Positions 52,184-64,000 of a stretch of DNA of 64,000 nucleotides are shown here, piece by piece. The translations under genes and the position numbers were made by a program. Source of the DNA: Rhizophagus irregularis (Eukaryota). Location: contig NC_089429.1 of the NCBI RefSeq assembly GCF_026210795.1, positions 5,332,001 through 5,396,000 on the forward strand, written 5' to 3'. The notes under the pieces were generated by a model that was not told the DNA's origin, did no database searches, and was given only the letters and a program-made list of their open reading frames with translations. Position 1 is the first letter of the stretch; the number at the start of each line of letters is the position of its first letter.

Positions 52184-53498
52184 ATGCCAGTTAAATTAGA
52201 TAATAATTGTGATTTATCAAGACATGTTATAATTCTTACTGGGGCTACTGATGGTAAATAAATTCACAAACATTTCCGTTTCAAAATAATTCAATCACTT
52301 ACATTTTATATTATTTAAGGCTTCGGTAAAGATATGGCAAGAATTTTAGCTGGTTTTAATCCAAAAAAATTGATTTTACCAGCACGTAATAAAGAAAAAG
52401 GAAATAATTTATTAGAATATATTAAATCTTCTAACGGACATGCAAACAATGTTGAAATTTGGGAAATGGATTTAGCAGATCTACAAAGTGTAAAAAATTT
52501 TGCTAATAAATTCATCAACGAAATTGGAGAATTACATATATTATTTAATAATGCAGGTAATAAAAATAATTATATTGTGTTTTATTAGGTTTCGTATTTA
52601 TTGTATATACCGTATTTATCTATTCGATGTATTTTCCTCCATAGGAATAATGATTAATAATCAAGTCATTAAAACGAAGGATAACTTGGAATTACAATTT
52701 CAGGTAATTAATTTCTTTTGTTTTTGGTTTTTTTTTTGCAATTTCGTTTGTTTGAATTCTCTTTTTAACATTTATATAATATTTTAGGTCAACCATTTAG
52801 CACCATTTTTACTTACTTTATTGTTATTGGATACAATAAAAAAATCGGTTTCTGCTGAATTACCCGGAAAAATTGCATTTACTAGTTCAGGAGCTCAAAG
52901 AAAAGGGATTATTGATTTCGATAATTTAAATCTTGAGAAAGGTGCTTACTTGAGACCTCTTCAAGGTTATTCAAATACTAAATTGATGGTAAGAATTTCG
53001 ATCATAGTTTATTTATTTATATTTTATATTTTATTCAATGATAATGAAATTTATAATTGGTACCTTTTTTTTTTAAAAAAAAAAGAATGTTATTGTTGCC
53101 AAGGAACTAAGTCATATAGTTCAAAACGAAAGTAAGTATAATAAAAAAAAAATTTATCTTTTTACTAGTAAATGTAAAATTGACTCCTTTTTTTTAAATA
53201 TGAAGATATTACGACGTATTCGCTTCATCCTGGTGTAATTCAATCTAACATAGGTCACATGAATAGCGGCATATCAAATTTTTTCTTGGGTTTATTTGTA
53301 AAAATGTATGAAATAACATCTGAACAAGGTGCCACCAATACTCTTTATCCCGTGCTTTCTCCTGATAATAAAGAAACTGGAAAATATTATCATGAAGGTA
53401 TTGAAAGGGAACCAAATAAAATTGTAGATGATCAAGAAGTTACAAAAAAACTATGGGATATTTCCGAACAAATATTAAAAGATCATGAAATGATTTAA
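52184..53498 (+). CDS. SDR, retinol-dehydrogenase-like (copy 2), 6 exons
   Basis: Same intron positions as copy 1. TGATDGFG, NNAG, YSNTK, LHPG. No disruption seen. Confidence 0.92.
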
Positions 53499-54052
53499 AG
53501 TTTCAGCTTTTTTTTAACAATTTCTCGCATTATACAGCAACATTTCTTGATAATCATATTGTATTATTTTTTTTAGTATTAGTTAAATAATTTCTGTTAG
53601 ATGTACTGTACTTATATTATGAGAATAATCCTAAATAAATCATTTATCCAGTAATATTGCGAATTAAATGAATCTTATTTAATGAATAGTATTATTTCAC
53701 GCACGTGTCGATAAATATCACGCTTGATTCAAGAAAAAAGACGTGAATTGCATACAACAGTATTTTATAAACATAACACCACTGACGACGTGATTCACAG
53801 TATAATTTTTGTTGCCTATAAAGAAATTTACGGAAAAATCTTTAAAATTGTATTAGTACCAATTTATACTGGTTGTTAAACCGACTATATTTACATTTTA
53901 CATAACATAAAAATATCCACATAAAATATCCAAATGAATTATCCTAAATTATTCATAGGATAATTCGATGAAAAACTATTAATATTCAGATATCCTGTCA
54001 AAAATGGGTAATCCTTCCAGAATAATCCGAATTATTATGAAATTATTATGAA

Positions 54053-54140
54053 AATAATGGTGTAGTTAGCCGACGATCTACGCCTGAGCCGGGTCCGGAT
54101 CACGTTGCGGCTAATTATTTTTCGGCTAACTACACCATTA
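54053..54140. mobile_element. 88-bp micro-MITE, 9-bp TSD (MULE-like)
   Basis: Perfect TIR taatggtgtagttagccga / tcggctaactacaccatta. tattatgaa is duplicated at 54044-54052 and 54141-54149. Confidence 0.8.
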
Positions 54141-54615
54141 TATTATGAATATCCAAATTACGTTGAATTAATGAATAATATATGATATGTAATAGTTTTA
54201 TGTATATATGAATTTATTTCTAATTTGGAATATGAACAATATTAAGATTATTAATAGGATTATCTATTTCACAAATTTATTTAACCGAATAATAAACCCG
54301 GATGATATGATAATCCGGATAAATCCTAGGATCTTATCCGTTCAAGGAAAAACTATACAAAATAATATATAACAGTGGAATCCGGGTAAAGAATTTTATT
54401 TAACCGCTTTAATCCAGTATTCGGACAATCAAAATATTTTTAATTGATCATCATATTTGAGTGATTTACGCATGTACATGGTCAACTTTACCATTAACCA
54501 CATGGTACTATTTAAGAAATCGGTAAATAAATGGCAGTTTAACCGCGTTTTGAATGCTTTGTATATTCAATATAATTATCTTCGTAAGTGTTTATAAGTG
54601 TTTAAAATAGTAGAC

Positions 54616-54765
54616 ATTCATTAAAACGAAGGATAACTTGGAATCATAGTTTCAAATAATTTATCTAATTTTTTTTTTTTGTAAATTGTTTGTATGCCAT
54701 TCGTCTTTTACATAAATAAACCTTAAATATTTCTGAAAAAAAAATATTAAAAGATCATGGAACGA
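54616..54765 (+). pseudogene. SDR relic (exon 3 piece joined to 3' end of last exon)
   Basis: tcattaaaacgaaggataacttggaatca...tttcaa and atatttctgaa...aatattaaaagatcatg match the paralogs. Confidence 0.7.
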
Positions 54766-55166
54766 ATTACAGTAAATATTCGAATTTCATTATTCAGTGA
54801 AAATAATTCCCGATCGACACTAATCCCTATCAAAATTGGAAATATTGGAAATTATGTAACGACGCTATTACTTTTTACTTGTATGAAATACCATATCAAA
54901 TATTGAAAATACTGAGAGAGTTGATTTTTTTTAATTGATTTTATGTAATATATATTTGCTCTTTGCATTTTTTAGCCCAAAATGGCAATCTTCTTTTAAA
55001 CGAAGAAAAGAATAGGGGCGTCGACGTATCCACAACAAATTTATCAATTAACATTTTCCGTAAAACAACGTATTCCAAAAGACTCGTAATCGATAGAAAA
55101 AACATATAAAAAGAAATTAAAATCCTTTAAACTGTCAAGAATAATTTTTTTTTTAAAAAAAAAACA

Positions 55167-56687
55167 ATGCCAGTCAAATTAAATAATAATTACGATTTAT
55201 CAAAACACGTATAATTCTTACCGGAGCTACTGATGGTAAATAAATTCAACTTATGTATTTTCAATTCAAATAATTCAATCACTTACATTTTATATTATTT
55301 AAGGTATCGGTAAAATTGTAGCAAGAATTCTAGCTGGTTTTAATCCAAAAAAATTGATTTTACCGGCACGTAATAAAGAAAAAGGAAATAATTTATTAGA
55401 ATATATTAAATCTTCTAACGGACATGCAAATAATGTCGAAATTTGGGAAATGGATTTAGCAGATTTACAAAGTGTAAAAAGCTTTGCTAATAAATTTATC
55501 AATGAAATTGGAGAATTGCATATATTATTTAATAATGCAGGTAATAAAAATAATGATATTTTATCCCATCGGTATTATGTATACACCGATGGATTTTTTT
55601 GTAAATTATTCCACCGGTATAAAAAAAGTATAAAAAAGTATAAAATCCATCGGTGTATACGCCATACACAATGAGATAAACCTGTTATTCCATGGGTATC
55701 TAATAAATACTCCATATACACCGATGCCTTGGGGCCCCCCGAAGGGAGGGGAGCATCGGTGAATATTTCAGTTATTCATTGATACCCATGGAATAACAAG
55801 TATGTATTTTATTACGTTTCGTATTTATTGTATATATTTATCTATCCCCTCCATAGGAATAATGATTAATAATCAAGTCATTAAAACGAAGGATAACTTG
55901 GAAATACAATTTCAGGTAATTTATTTCTTTTTTTTTGCAATTTCGTTTGTTTGAATTCTCTTTTTAACATTACATTATTTTAGGTCAACCATCTAGCACC
56001 ATTGTTACTTACTTTATTGTTATTGGATACAATAAAAAAATCGGTTTCCGCTGAATTACCTGGAAAAATTGCATTTACAAGTTCGGGAACTCAAAGATAT
56101 GGAAAAATTGATTTTGATAATTTAAATCTTGAGAAAGGTGCTTACTTTGGTCCTTTCAAGGTTATGCAAATACTAAATTGATGGTAAGAATTTCGATCAT
56201 AGTATATTTATTTATATTTTACTTAATGATAAAGGCTCTAAGATTTATAATTGGTATCTTTTTTTTTCTTCAAAAAAAAAAAGAATATTATTGTTACCAA
56301 GGAACTAAGTCGTGTAGTTTAAAACAAAAATGAAAGTAAGTATTATAAAAAAAAAGATTTTTTTTTTACTAGCATTACTTTAACTCTTTTTATAAAATAT
56401 GCAGATATTACGACGTTTTTGCTTCAACCTGGTATAATTCAAACAAATTTAGGCCATATGAATAGCGGCTTGTCAAATTTTCTCCAAAATTTATTTGTAA
56501 AAATGTATGAAATACCAGCTGAACAAGGTGCCATCAATGTTCTATATCCCGTGCTTTCTCCCGAAAATAAAGAAACTGGAAAATATTATCATGAAGGTCT
56601 TGAAAAGGAACCAAATGAAATTGTAGAAGTTATGAAGAGACTATGGAACGTTTCTGAACAAATATTAAAGATCATGAAATGATCTAA
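55167..56687 (+). pseudogene. SDR copy 3, pseudogene
   Basis: 1-bp loss just before the YxxxK codons (~56155), CAA>TAA at 56320-56322, LHPG>LQPG, 3' frameshift, and a ~240-bp insertion in intron 2. Confidence 0.9.
55562..55800. mobile_element. Two adjacent fold-back mini-elements in SDR3 intron 2
   Basis: gtatacaccgatggatttt/aaaatccatcggtgtatac, and tgttattccatgggtatc/gatacccatggaataaca with inner caccgatgc...cccgaaggg...gcatcggtg. Confidence 0.75.
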
Positions 56688-59156
56688 AAATTCAAAATCA
56701 GTTCTCTGTTTCACACGACAACATTTTATAAAATAAATTTAAAAGATTTTTTTTTTTAGTTTCAGTATATTATTTTATTAATATTAGTTTAAGTTCCTTA
56801 TAGATACTAGTTTCTATACGTGTATAAATGATTTAATTAAATCCTTTATCGGCGAATTAATGAATATCTTATTATTCACGTGTTGATTATATAAAATTCA
56901 TATCACGCTTGATTTAATGATTCTATTTTATCTTTCAATATTAATATATAAATTTTCTTTCTCCACGATGTAATTGCGATCAGCCTTATTGATTTATTTA
57001 TTATTTACCGTTTAAAACACTCGCATCCCTTTTTTGTGTGCCAGGTTCGTGGCAAAAATGTGTGGCGCAGCTGCGCCCACGCCTCACGGCGTTATATGTA
57101 GATTTTGATTTGTGTCGCAAATACTAATAATTTTATTTAAAGATGAGCTTAATTTCAAAAAGCTTAAGATACACCATGTAACCTTCTCAGTGGCCCTTCG
57201 AAATTCTTTGAAATGATATCCCTTTTTTTTTTAAAATAAATAATAAATAATTCTACGAAACTACTTGAACGATACAAATACTTCGCGATTTTATGTAATT
57301 ATGTAATCGGATACGAACAAAATTACGTTTATAAACTTTTCTTTCTTTTCCAAAATAAAATTAAACCAATGGATAATTAAACAAAGAATATAAAACCTTC
57401 TTGAAATCCTTTATTAAATGAATTTGGAATTGGTGAAATACGTCCACTTACTTAAACTCAAAATAAACTTAGACTCATAGTTTATTTATTAAATTCATAT
57501 TTTATTCGTTCGTTAAAACTAACAAAATGAAATATATCTGATTAAATAAAATCTCAAAAATTTAATCATTATTTCATTGTGATTCTTTATCGGTAAACTT
57601 TTCATCATTTATTTATTTTAAATAGTATCCAATTCAAGATTTTTTTTGCTTCTAACTATTCTTCTTGATAGCATTAATTTTTGTTAATTTATATTTCTGG
57701 TTAGATTAGGCAAAATTTTGATTTCTATTAACAACTTTTTTTAAAATAAAAAAATGGATTTGTATTACTGTATAAAAGTGGTAGAAATGCTGTAATAAAA
57801 GCATCATTTTTTAACAAAAGTTAAAAGCGTTCAGATGTTACTTTCTTCTCCCGATTTCATCCCCATGAATAAACTTTAAGATGCCGCTTTCCTGTAGCAA
57901 TTGTATCATTAAAATTCTTTAAAATACATATTAATGTATTATAGTACAAATTAAAAATACATTTTTCAATCATATCGCTTTTAAAAAATATGTTCCGCAT
58001 TTCGAAATCAAAAACTATTCCAGAACTACCATATATTTTCTTGTTTTTTTTCCGAAAAAGCAAGTTATATGTGTTTTATTGAATGAACCTAACTTTCCAT
58101 AAATGATCCTTTTTCTTAGGAACTTTCAGGGCGAAACCTTTTTTTTTTTTAGAGTTTGAATTCGTTATCCGTATGAATAATATCAATATTGTAAAGCTTC
58201 ATGCTCTACAATATCTGTCCGGAATTTCGTAAAATAAATTTTAATCATGAGTCGGTATAATAAAACCAAGGATGTTGTTATACTTAAGTTTTGAATTAAA
58301 ATTTTGTATTGATAGTCATTTCGTACAAAATTGCTTAGTGATATTTTAGAAATTTGAAATAGAAAAAGACACTTCGTTATAGAAAAAATTTTATACCATT
58401 ATTAACCGACTCCACTAATTTAATTCCAATGTTCTGATTGGACGGTGAGATACTAGGGATGTCAAATAGGATTTTATTATTGAAAAAACGGAAGTGATGA
58501 GACAGGACGTGATTTGATGTGCTAAATAACATCCTAACCCTTAATCCTAATCTAATCATAGATCAGTTTGTTTCTTCCTCCGGGCCAACTAAAGTCTTGC
58601 TTTGTTTTTATCCCTCCAGGATCCACAATTATTTTTTTACAGCCTTCCTTCCTGCATTTCTATACTCCTCTTATTTTGAAATATTACTATATATATTTGT
58701 AATTCATAGTTTATTAAATTTATCGATAAAACAATTCGATTTTTATTTAAAGATATTACAACTTCTTCCTCCTCACCAGTCACCACCTGCATAAGATTAG
58801 GTTATATAATTTTTTGATCTATCATAGTTTTAAAACTTTTACGTGTATCATCAACATATAAATAATCGCTATAGACCTCGTCCCCATCTTTTTCTGATAT
58901 CTTTGTCACGTTAATAACATAATAACAATTATAATTACATCCAATAGTAAATTTCGTGGTATCACTCTCGTCGAATTTTAATTATTATCTACTTCACAAG
59001 CATCCTCAAGTAAATAATATTTTCTGAGAAAAGTTACTCGCATTCTTTATACTAATATAAGGAAAGATTTATATAATTTCGCTTGTAAAAAAAAAATGAT
59101 AATTAAAAAATAAAAAATAAAATCGATAATTTTGATGCATGTACTGTAGTTCACAT

Positions 59157-59477
59157 TGATGGTAAATAAATTCAAGTATTCAACTTATACACTTTCTTTT
59201 CAATAAATAAATCATTTATTAAACAAATGGCAAGAATTTAACCCGACTACAAACACGTACTAATAAAGAAAAAGAAATAATTTATTAGAATTTGGGAAGC
59301 GATTTACAAAGTGGAAAAACTTTGATAATATATTCATCAATAGAAATTAGAGAATTACAAATAATAAAAACGGTGATTTAATATTATTAAGGTTCGTATT
59401 TTTTGTATATTTATATTATTATTCGATGTATTTTTCTCCGTAGGAATTATGATCAATAATCAAGTCATTAAAAACGA
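59157..59477 (+). pseudogene. Heavily deleted SDR relic (exons 1-3)
   Basis: gatggtaaataaattca..., atggcaagaatt, taataaagaaaagaaataatttattagaat, gatttacaaagtg, gtaggaattatgatcaataatcaagtcattaaaacga. Confidence 0.85.
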
Positions 59478-59582
59478 CCAAGTTACATAGTAGTAGTTAC
59501 GTAGTGATAAAATAGTTTACGACCAAAAAGGGTAACAGTTTGTGCGTATCAGTGTATCATGAGGTAAATCTAAAACGATGAG

Positions 59583-60280
59583 TATGAAGCGCCATACTAA
59601 TCAAAAGTCTGGGTTACCATACTGATCAAAAAATCCCGGATTTATCTGGGTGAAAACGGATTAATCCCATATTTCATCCTGGATTTTCCTATATTTGAGT
59701 ATTATTTCATCCCGGATCTTCCCATATTTTATCATCCACACATTTTATCCCGGATTAATTCCTTAAATTTCACCAAAAATTACATCACCAAACCCTGGAT
59801 TATCCATATTTTATCCCAGATTTGATCTATATTTCATATATAATAATATATATTATATATATAATATTTATAATATATATATCGGTATTTATTTATTTAT
59901 TTATTTTATGTGAAGTCGGCAAGACTGTCAAAGAGAACATATAACCCTCCAAAAGGAGGCCTTCGTCCTACATTAAATATATATATATCGGTATTATATA
60001 CAGTATATATAATCCTGATCTTATATTTATCACTAAGTCATGTGATCAGATTTTTGTTTATATTTTAGAAACTTCTTAAAATAAAGAAAATTTTTGTTTA
60101 CACGAGATGCTCCTGGAATAAAATATGGATCAGATCCAGGATAAATATTGGAAAATCTGGGATAAAATATAGGAAAATCCGGGATGAAATATGGATTTAA
60201 AAATCTATTTTCACCCCGGATAAATCTAGGGTTTGATCCAGGGTTTAGTTCCAGACTTTGGATCAGTATGGCGCTTCATA
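59583..60280. mobile_element. Non-autonomous TIR element (30-bp TIR, 2 mismatches)
   Basis: tatgaagcgccatactaatcaaaagtctgg / ccagactttggatcagtatggcgcttcata. Internal ATCC(C/T)GGAT repeats. Confidence 0.85.
59890..59978 (-). mobile_element. ~89-bp retroposed insert with (AAAT)n tail and 17-bp TSD
   Basis: atatatatatcggtatt at 59873-59889 and 59979-59995. The minus strand ends ...gacttcacataaaataaataaataaata. Confidence 0.75.
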
Positions 60281-60777
60281 GAACATCATTATTAAGCACC
60301 ACATTAATCTTCATTGTACAATTGATATAATAATTCAAAACAAATATGACAAATATGACGTCTACCTGAACAAAATCATTGCAAATTTCCTAAAAAAAAA
60401 AAAAAAATTATTGAGATCTAAATTAAACAATGCTATTAATGTTCTTTATCTTGTACTTTAGAAAAATACTATTACTAATAATTGAAATAAATTTTATGCC
60501 AATATTTATTAATAATATTCGATATCTGCGAACGAAACCATAAATTATCACGTATTTTTGTAAAAAATTAAATGTGCTAAGAATTTTATCCGGACACGGA
60601 TCGTGACACTAGTCTGGGTCGAATCAAATAAAGTTAGTTATTCGTTGAATTAAATTTCCATAATGAGTTCACTGTCTATGGAGGAGGTACTTATAAAAGA
60701 AATCAAAATTTTCAAATAACAGACTATCAATAATAAACTTTTTTATTTTTTTTAAAAAAAAAAATAAATAAAAAACA

Positions 60778-61551
60778 ATGCCAGTCAAATTAAATAACAA
60801 TTACGATTTATCAAAAAACGTTATAATACTTACTGGCGCAACTGATGGTAAATAAATTTAACTTAATACAATTCCGCTTCAAATAATTCAATCACTTACA
60901 TTTTATTCTATTTAAGGTATTGGTAAAGAAATGACAAGAATTTTAGCTGGATTTAATCCAAAACGATTGGTTTTACCAGTTCGTAATCAAGAAAAAGCAA
61001 ACGATGTATTAGAATATATTAAATCTTCTAATAGACATGCAAAAAATGTTGAAGTTTGGGAAATGGATTTAGCAGATTTACAAAGTGTAAAAAACTTTGC
61101 TAATAAATTCATCAAAGAAGTTGGAGAATTACATATGTTATTAAATAATGCAGGTAAATTAAAAAATGATGATTTAGTTAATATTGTTGCATTTTTTTTC
61201 TGTATTTATTTATTCGACGTATCTTTCACCGTAGGAGTAATGTCTAGCAATCAAGTTATTAAAACAAAGGATAACCTTGAAATACAATTTCAGGTAAATT
61301 TATTATTATTATTTTTTTCTACAAATCGTTTGCATAGTATTCGCTTTATAACCTTATATATTATTATAGGTCAACCATTTAGCGCCATTTTTACTTACTT
61401 CATTGTTATTGGATACAATTAAAAAATCGGTTTCTGCTGAATTACCCGGAAAAATTGCATTTACTAGCTCATCTGTTCATTTCAATGGTGAGATTGACTT
61501 TGACAATTTAAATCTCGAAAAACATTCTAGCTACTGGAATCCTGTTAAAGG
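60778..61551 (+). pseudogene. SDR copy 4, cut off in exon 4 immediately before the catalytic Tyr
   Basis: TGATDGIG, NNAG and FTSS are intact. Homology ends at YWNPVKG (paralogs YFGPFHG-YANTK), followed by unrelated repeat-like sequence. The remainder is not in the window. Confidence 0.85.
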
Positions 61552-61865
61552 AACTTTGCTAACAATGCTAAATTTTCATAATGCATTGTGCAATCATTGT
61601 ACAAGTCTTGTACAAGGTATTTTAAATCTGAAAATATATAGTACGATATTTCTAACAATACATTTTTAATATTAATTTATTCACAATCAATTGTAAAATA
61701 TATAATTCTGATACATTTTCCAATGAATCTTATAATCTTTTACAATGTTTTCACAAGATTTTACTTATATATATATTGTACAAAATATTGTATAATGAAT
61801 TTTCACAATTAATTATTTATAACATAATCTACAATAAATTTTGCAATTAGTAGAATTGCCATTAA

Positions 61866-63411
61866 TCTATCTATAACTAAAAAAATACCGTAATGTTTAG
61901 ATTAGCCTGTATAAATTAATTTTGAATTGCTGATCCGTATTCTTTATAGCTAAGACCCGCTTGATCAGCAAGTAATGTTGTATATCTAATAATCCGAATC
62001 GATCTTTTACTTTCGGTTCTGGTTCTTTCCTCTTTTCTTTTTTGAACCACCTTTTTTCCATTTTTTTTTTCCTCTTTCTTTTTCGGTTTGGTTTTTTTTT
62101 CCAACCCGAGAATTTTTTTGGTTTTTTTATTCTTTCCCTGTTTGGTTTGGTTTTTTTTTCCAAACTGAAAATTTTTTTTTTATAAATAATCCTATTGTTT
62201 GGTCTTTTAAGACCGATTTTTTTTATATTATTATTTTTTTTGGTCTTTTTTTAGACCATATTATTAATTTATTTTAAAATTTTTTTTTCAGTCTTTTTGG
62301 ATCAGATTATTGTTCTTTTTTTTCAGAATTTTTTTCGGTACTTATTTTTTTTTCGGTTCTTTCCTTATCCTTTTTCTTTTCCCCCAAATTTTATTTTTTG
62401 CTTTTTTTTTCAATTTTCTTAATTGTTATTTTTTTTTCCCAAACCACATTCTTAAACCATTTAGATTTAGATCAGTGATCGGATTGACGCTGTGGCACCA
62501 CGGTAATTGCCTTTTTTCCCGATTCTTATTATTATTAGTAATATTTTCCTAATTATTTTTTAGGCTCAATATAAATAGACTGAAATAATTTACTTATTTA
62601 TTTTTTGTAAAAATAGATCGGTTTAGTAAATTCTATGGGAAAATGTTTTTTCATGACAATAGATTGTTATAATTGATTTTTGGGGGATTGTGAAATATTT
62701 TTTTGGGAGGATTGCTAACTGACGCCTGGGCGGTTTTTTATCAAATATGTCACATGATGTACAAATTTATTAGTCGGCTGATGGCTGATTTTTTAACTTG
62801 GCTATTTTGATCGGTTAAACTTAAATTTTATTGCGATGATATTTATAAAAAAAAAATTTTTTTGCATATTTATTCAAAATAATCTTATTTGATAAAATTT
62901 TATTTGCAAATATTAAAATTTAAGCCACACATTTACGATTTTAAAGAAAAAAATCACTGTATTTAAACAATAACAATAAATAAAAAGATAAATAAATTAC
63001 AATGACCAAGGAGAAAGATGCTAATAAAAAAATGAAATAACAATGGAGTAATGGAAAGTAATAGAAGATGAAAGAGAAAAAAAGAGTAATGAGAAGCAAA
63101 AAGGAGAAATAGGATATGATGAGAGATGAAAAGTAGTGATAGGAAACGAAAAGAAGTGACGGGAGACGAAGAGGAGTGATGGGAGGTAAAAAGGAGTGAT
63201 GGGAGACGAAGAGGAGTGATGGGAAGTAAAAAGGAGTGATGGGAGACGAAGAGGAGTAATGGGAAGTAAAAAGGAGTGATGGGAGACGTAAAGAATTGAT
63301 GAGAAGATGAAGAGGAGTGATGGGAGACGTGTGTTATTATTACTCTCTTTATTACTCTCTTACTTGATGGGCAAGTATCATTCCCGCTGCAACGCGACAG
63401 GTTACATCTAG
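61866..63411 (+). mobile_element. Non-autonomous Helitron-like element
   Basis: a|TCtatctataactaaaa at the 5' end. 3' end has the degenerate hairpin cccgctgc-aac-gcgacagg, then ttacat CTAG|t. Inserted between A and T. Contains a 20/40-bp purine-rich tandem repeat (~63140-63330). Confidence 0.65.
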
Positions 63412-64000
63412 TATATACTATTAAAATTTAATATTGACAATAGTATATAATCTATAATGTGATGAACAATAATTTTTAATGTTAAGTTTCGGAGAAATCC
63501 CCCTATTTATATAAAATTATGTATCACGTGTATGTGATATAATCCGCAGTTCGATCAACTAAATTTTTTTTAACCTTTTTTTTAACCTTTTTTTTTAACA
63601 TTTTTTTTTTAAACTTTTTTTTTGAACCTTTTTTTTCATTTTTCCCTTTTCTTTCATTCGCCCCTTCATTTCCCTTCATACCCTTCTTTTGTCTCTCCTT
63701 TATTCTTTCCTTTTCCTTCCCTTCTCTTTTCCCTTTACTTTTACATTTCCCATTTCTTTTTTTTCTTTTTTCCGACCTTTTGTTGAAAAATCTTACTAGC
63801 TATCTCTCCTTAGATGCGAACTTCGGTAAATTTGTCTTTTTTTTTAATTGTTTATTTTTTAACTAACGATTTCTAATAGTTGTTTTTCTTACTTTTTTTT
63901 AGACGATTTAGTTCTTCGGCTATTTTGACACGTGGGAATAAGGTGGAAATTTTTTTTTTTCTTAATTATCTATTTCAATGAAACGTTTTTAACATTTCAA

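Noticed and set aside
57857..59050. Possible decayed minus-strand gene
   Set aside because: Coding-like composition but many stops and no motif I can recognise; it needs a profile search.
18771..61551. P450 + SDR secondary-metabolite cluster
   Set aside because: They are ~30 kb apart, separated by unrelated genes, and no backbone synthase or transporter is seen.
61897..62552. Lys-rich and Phe-rich ORFs (also 23043-23797 and 39432-40264)
   Set aside because: Low-complexity A/T tracts, mostly inside non-autonomous elements.

Overview
AT-rich eukaryotic DNA with short GT-AG introns. The gene families (TKL kinase-Sel1 fusion, Sel1-only genes, hAT transposase, non-LTR relics) fit an arbuscular mycorrhizal fungus (Glomeromycotina, Rhizophagus-like); this is an inference from family content. 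Left edge (1-3391): a visibly GC-richer, intronless island carries a >=767-codon D5-like/SF3 helicase ORF that the ORF track missed because it runs off the window. The island also holds a small F-box-like gene and ends in four stacked hairpins plus CTAG|T, so it is a candidate virus-derived or helicase-bearing mobile element. Next come a dead hAT transposon, many MITEs, Helitron/Helentron-like pieces, interstitial (CCCTAA)n and a 19-bp minisatellite. Host genes are a 10-exon cytochrome P450, a kinase with about 25 Sel1 repeats, two paralogous Sel1 genes that carry a whole or half BED-type zinc finger at the N-terminus, and a birth-and-death tandem array of retinol-dehydrogenase-like SDRs (2 intact, 2 broken, 3 relics). 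All coordinates and translations were read by eye and may be off by a few bases. No database searches were run.
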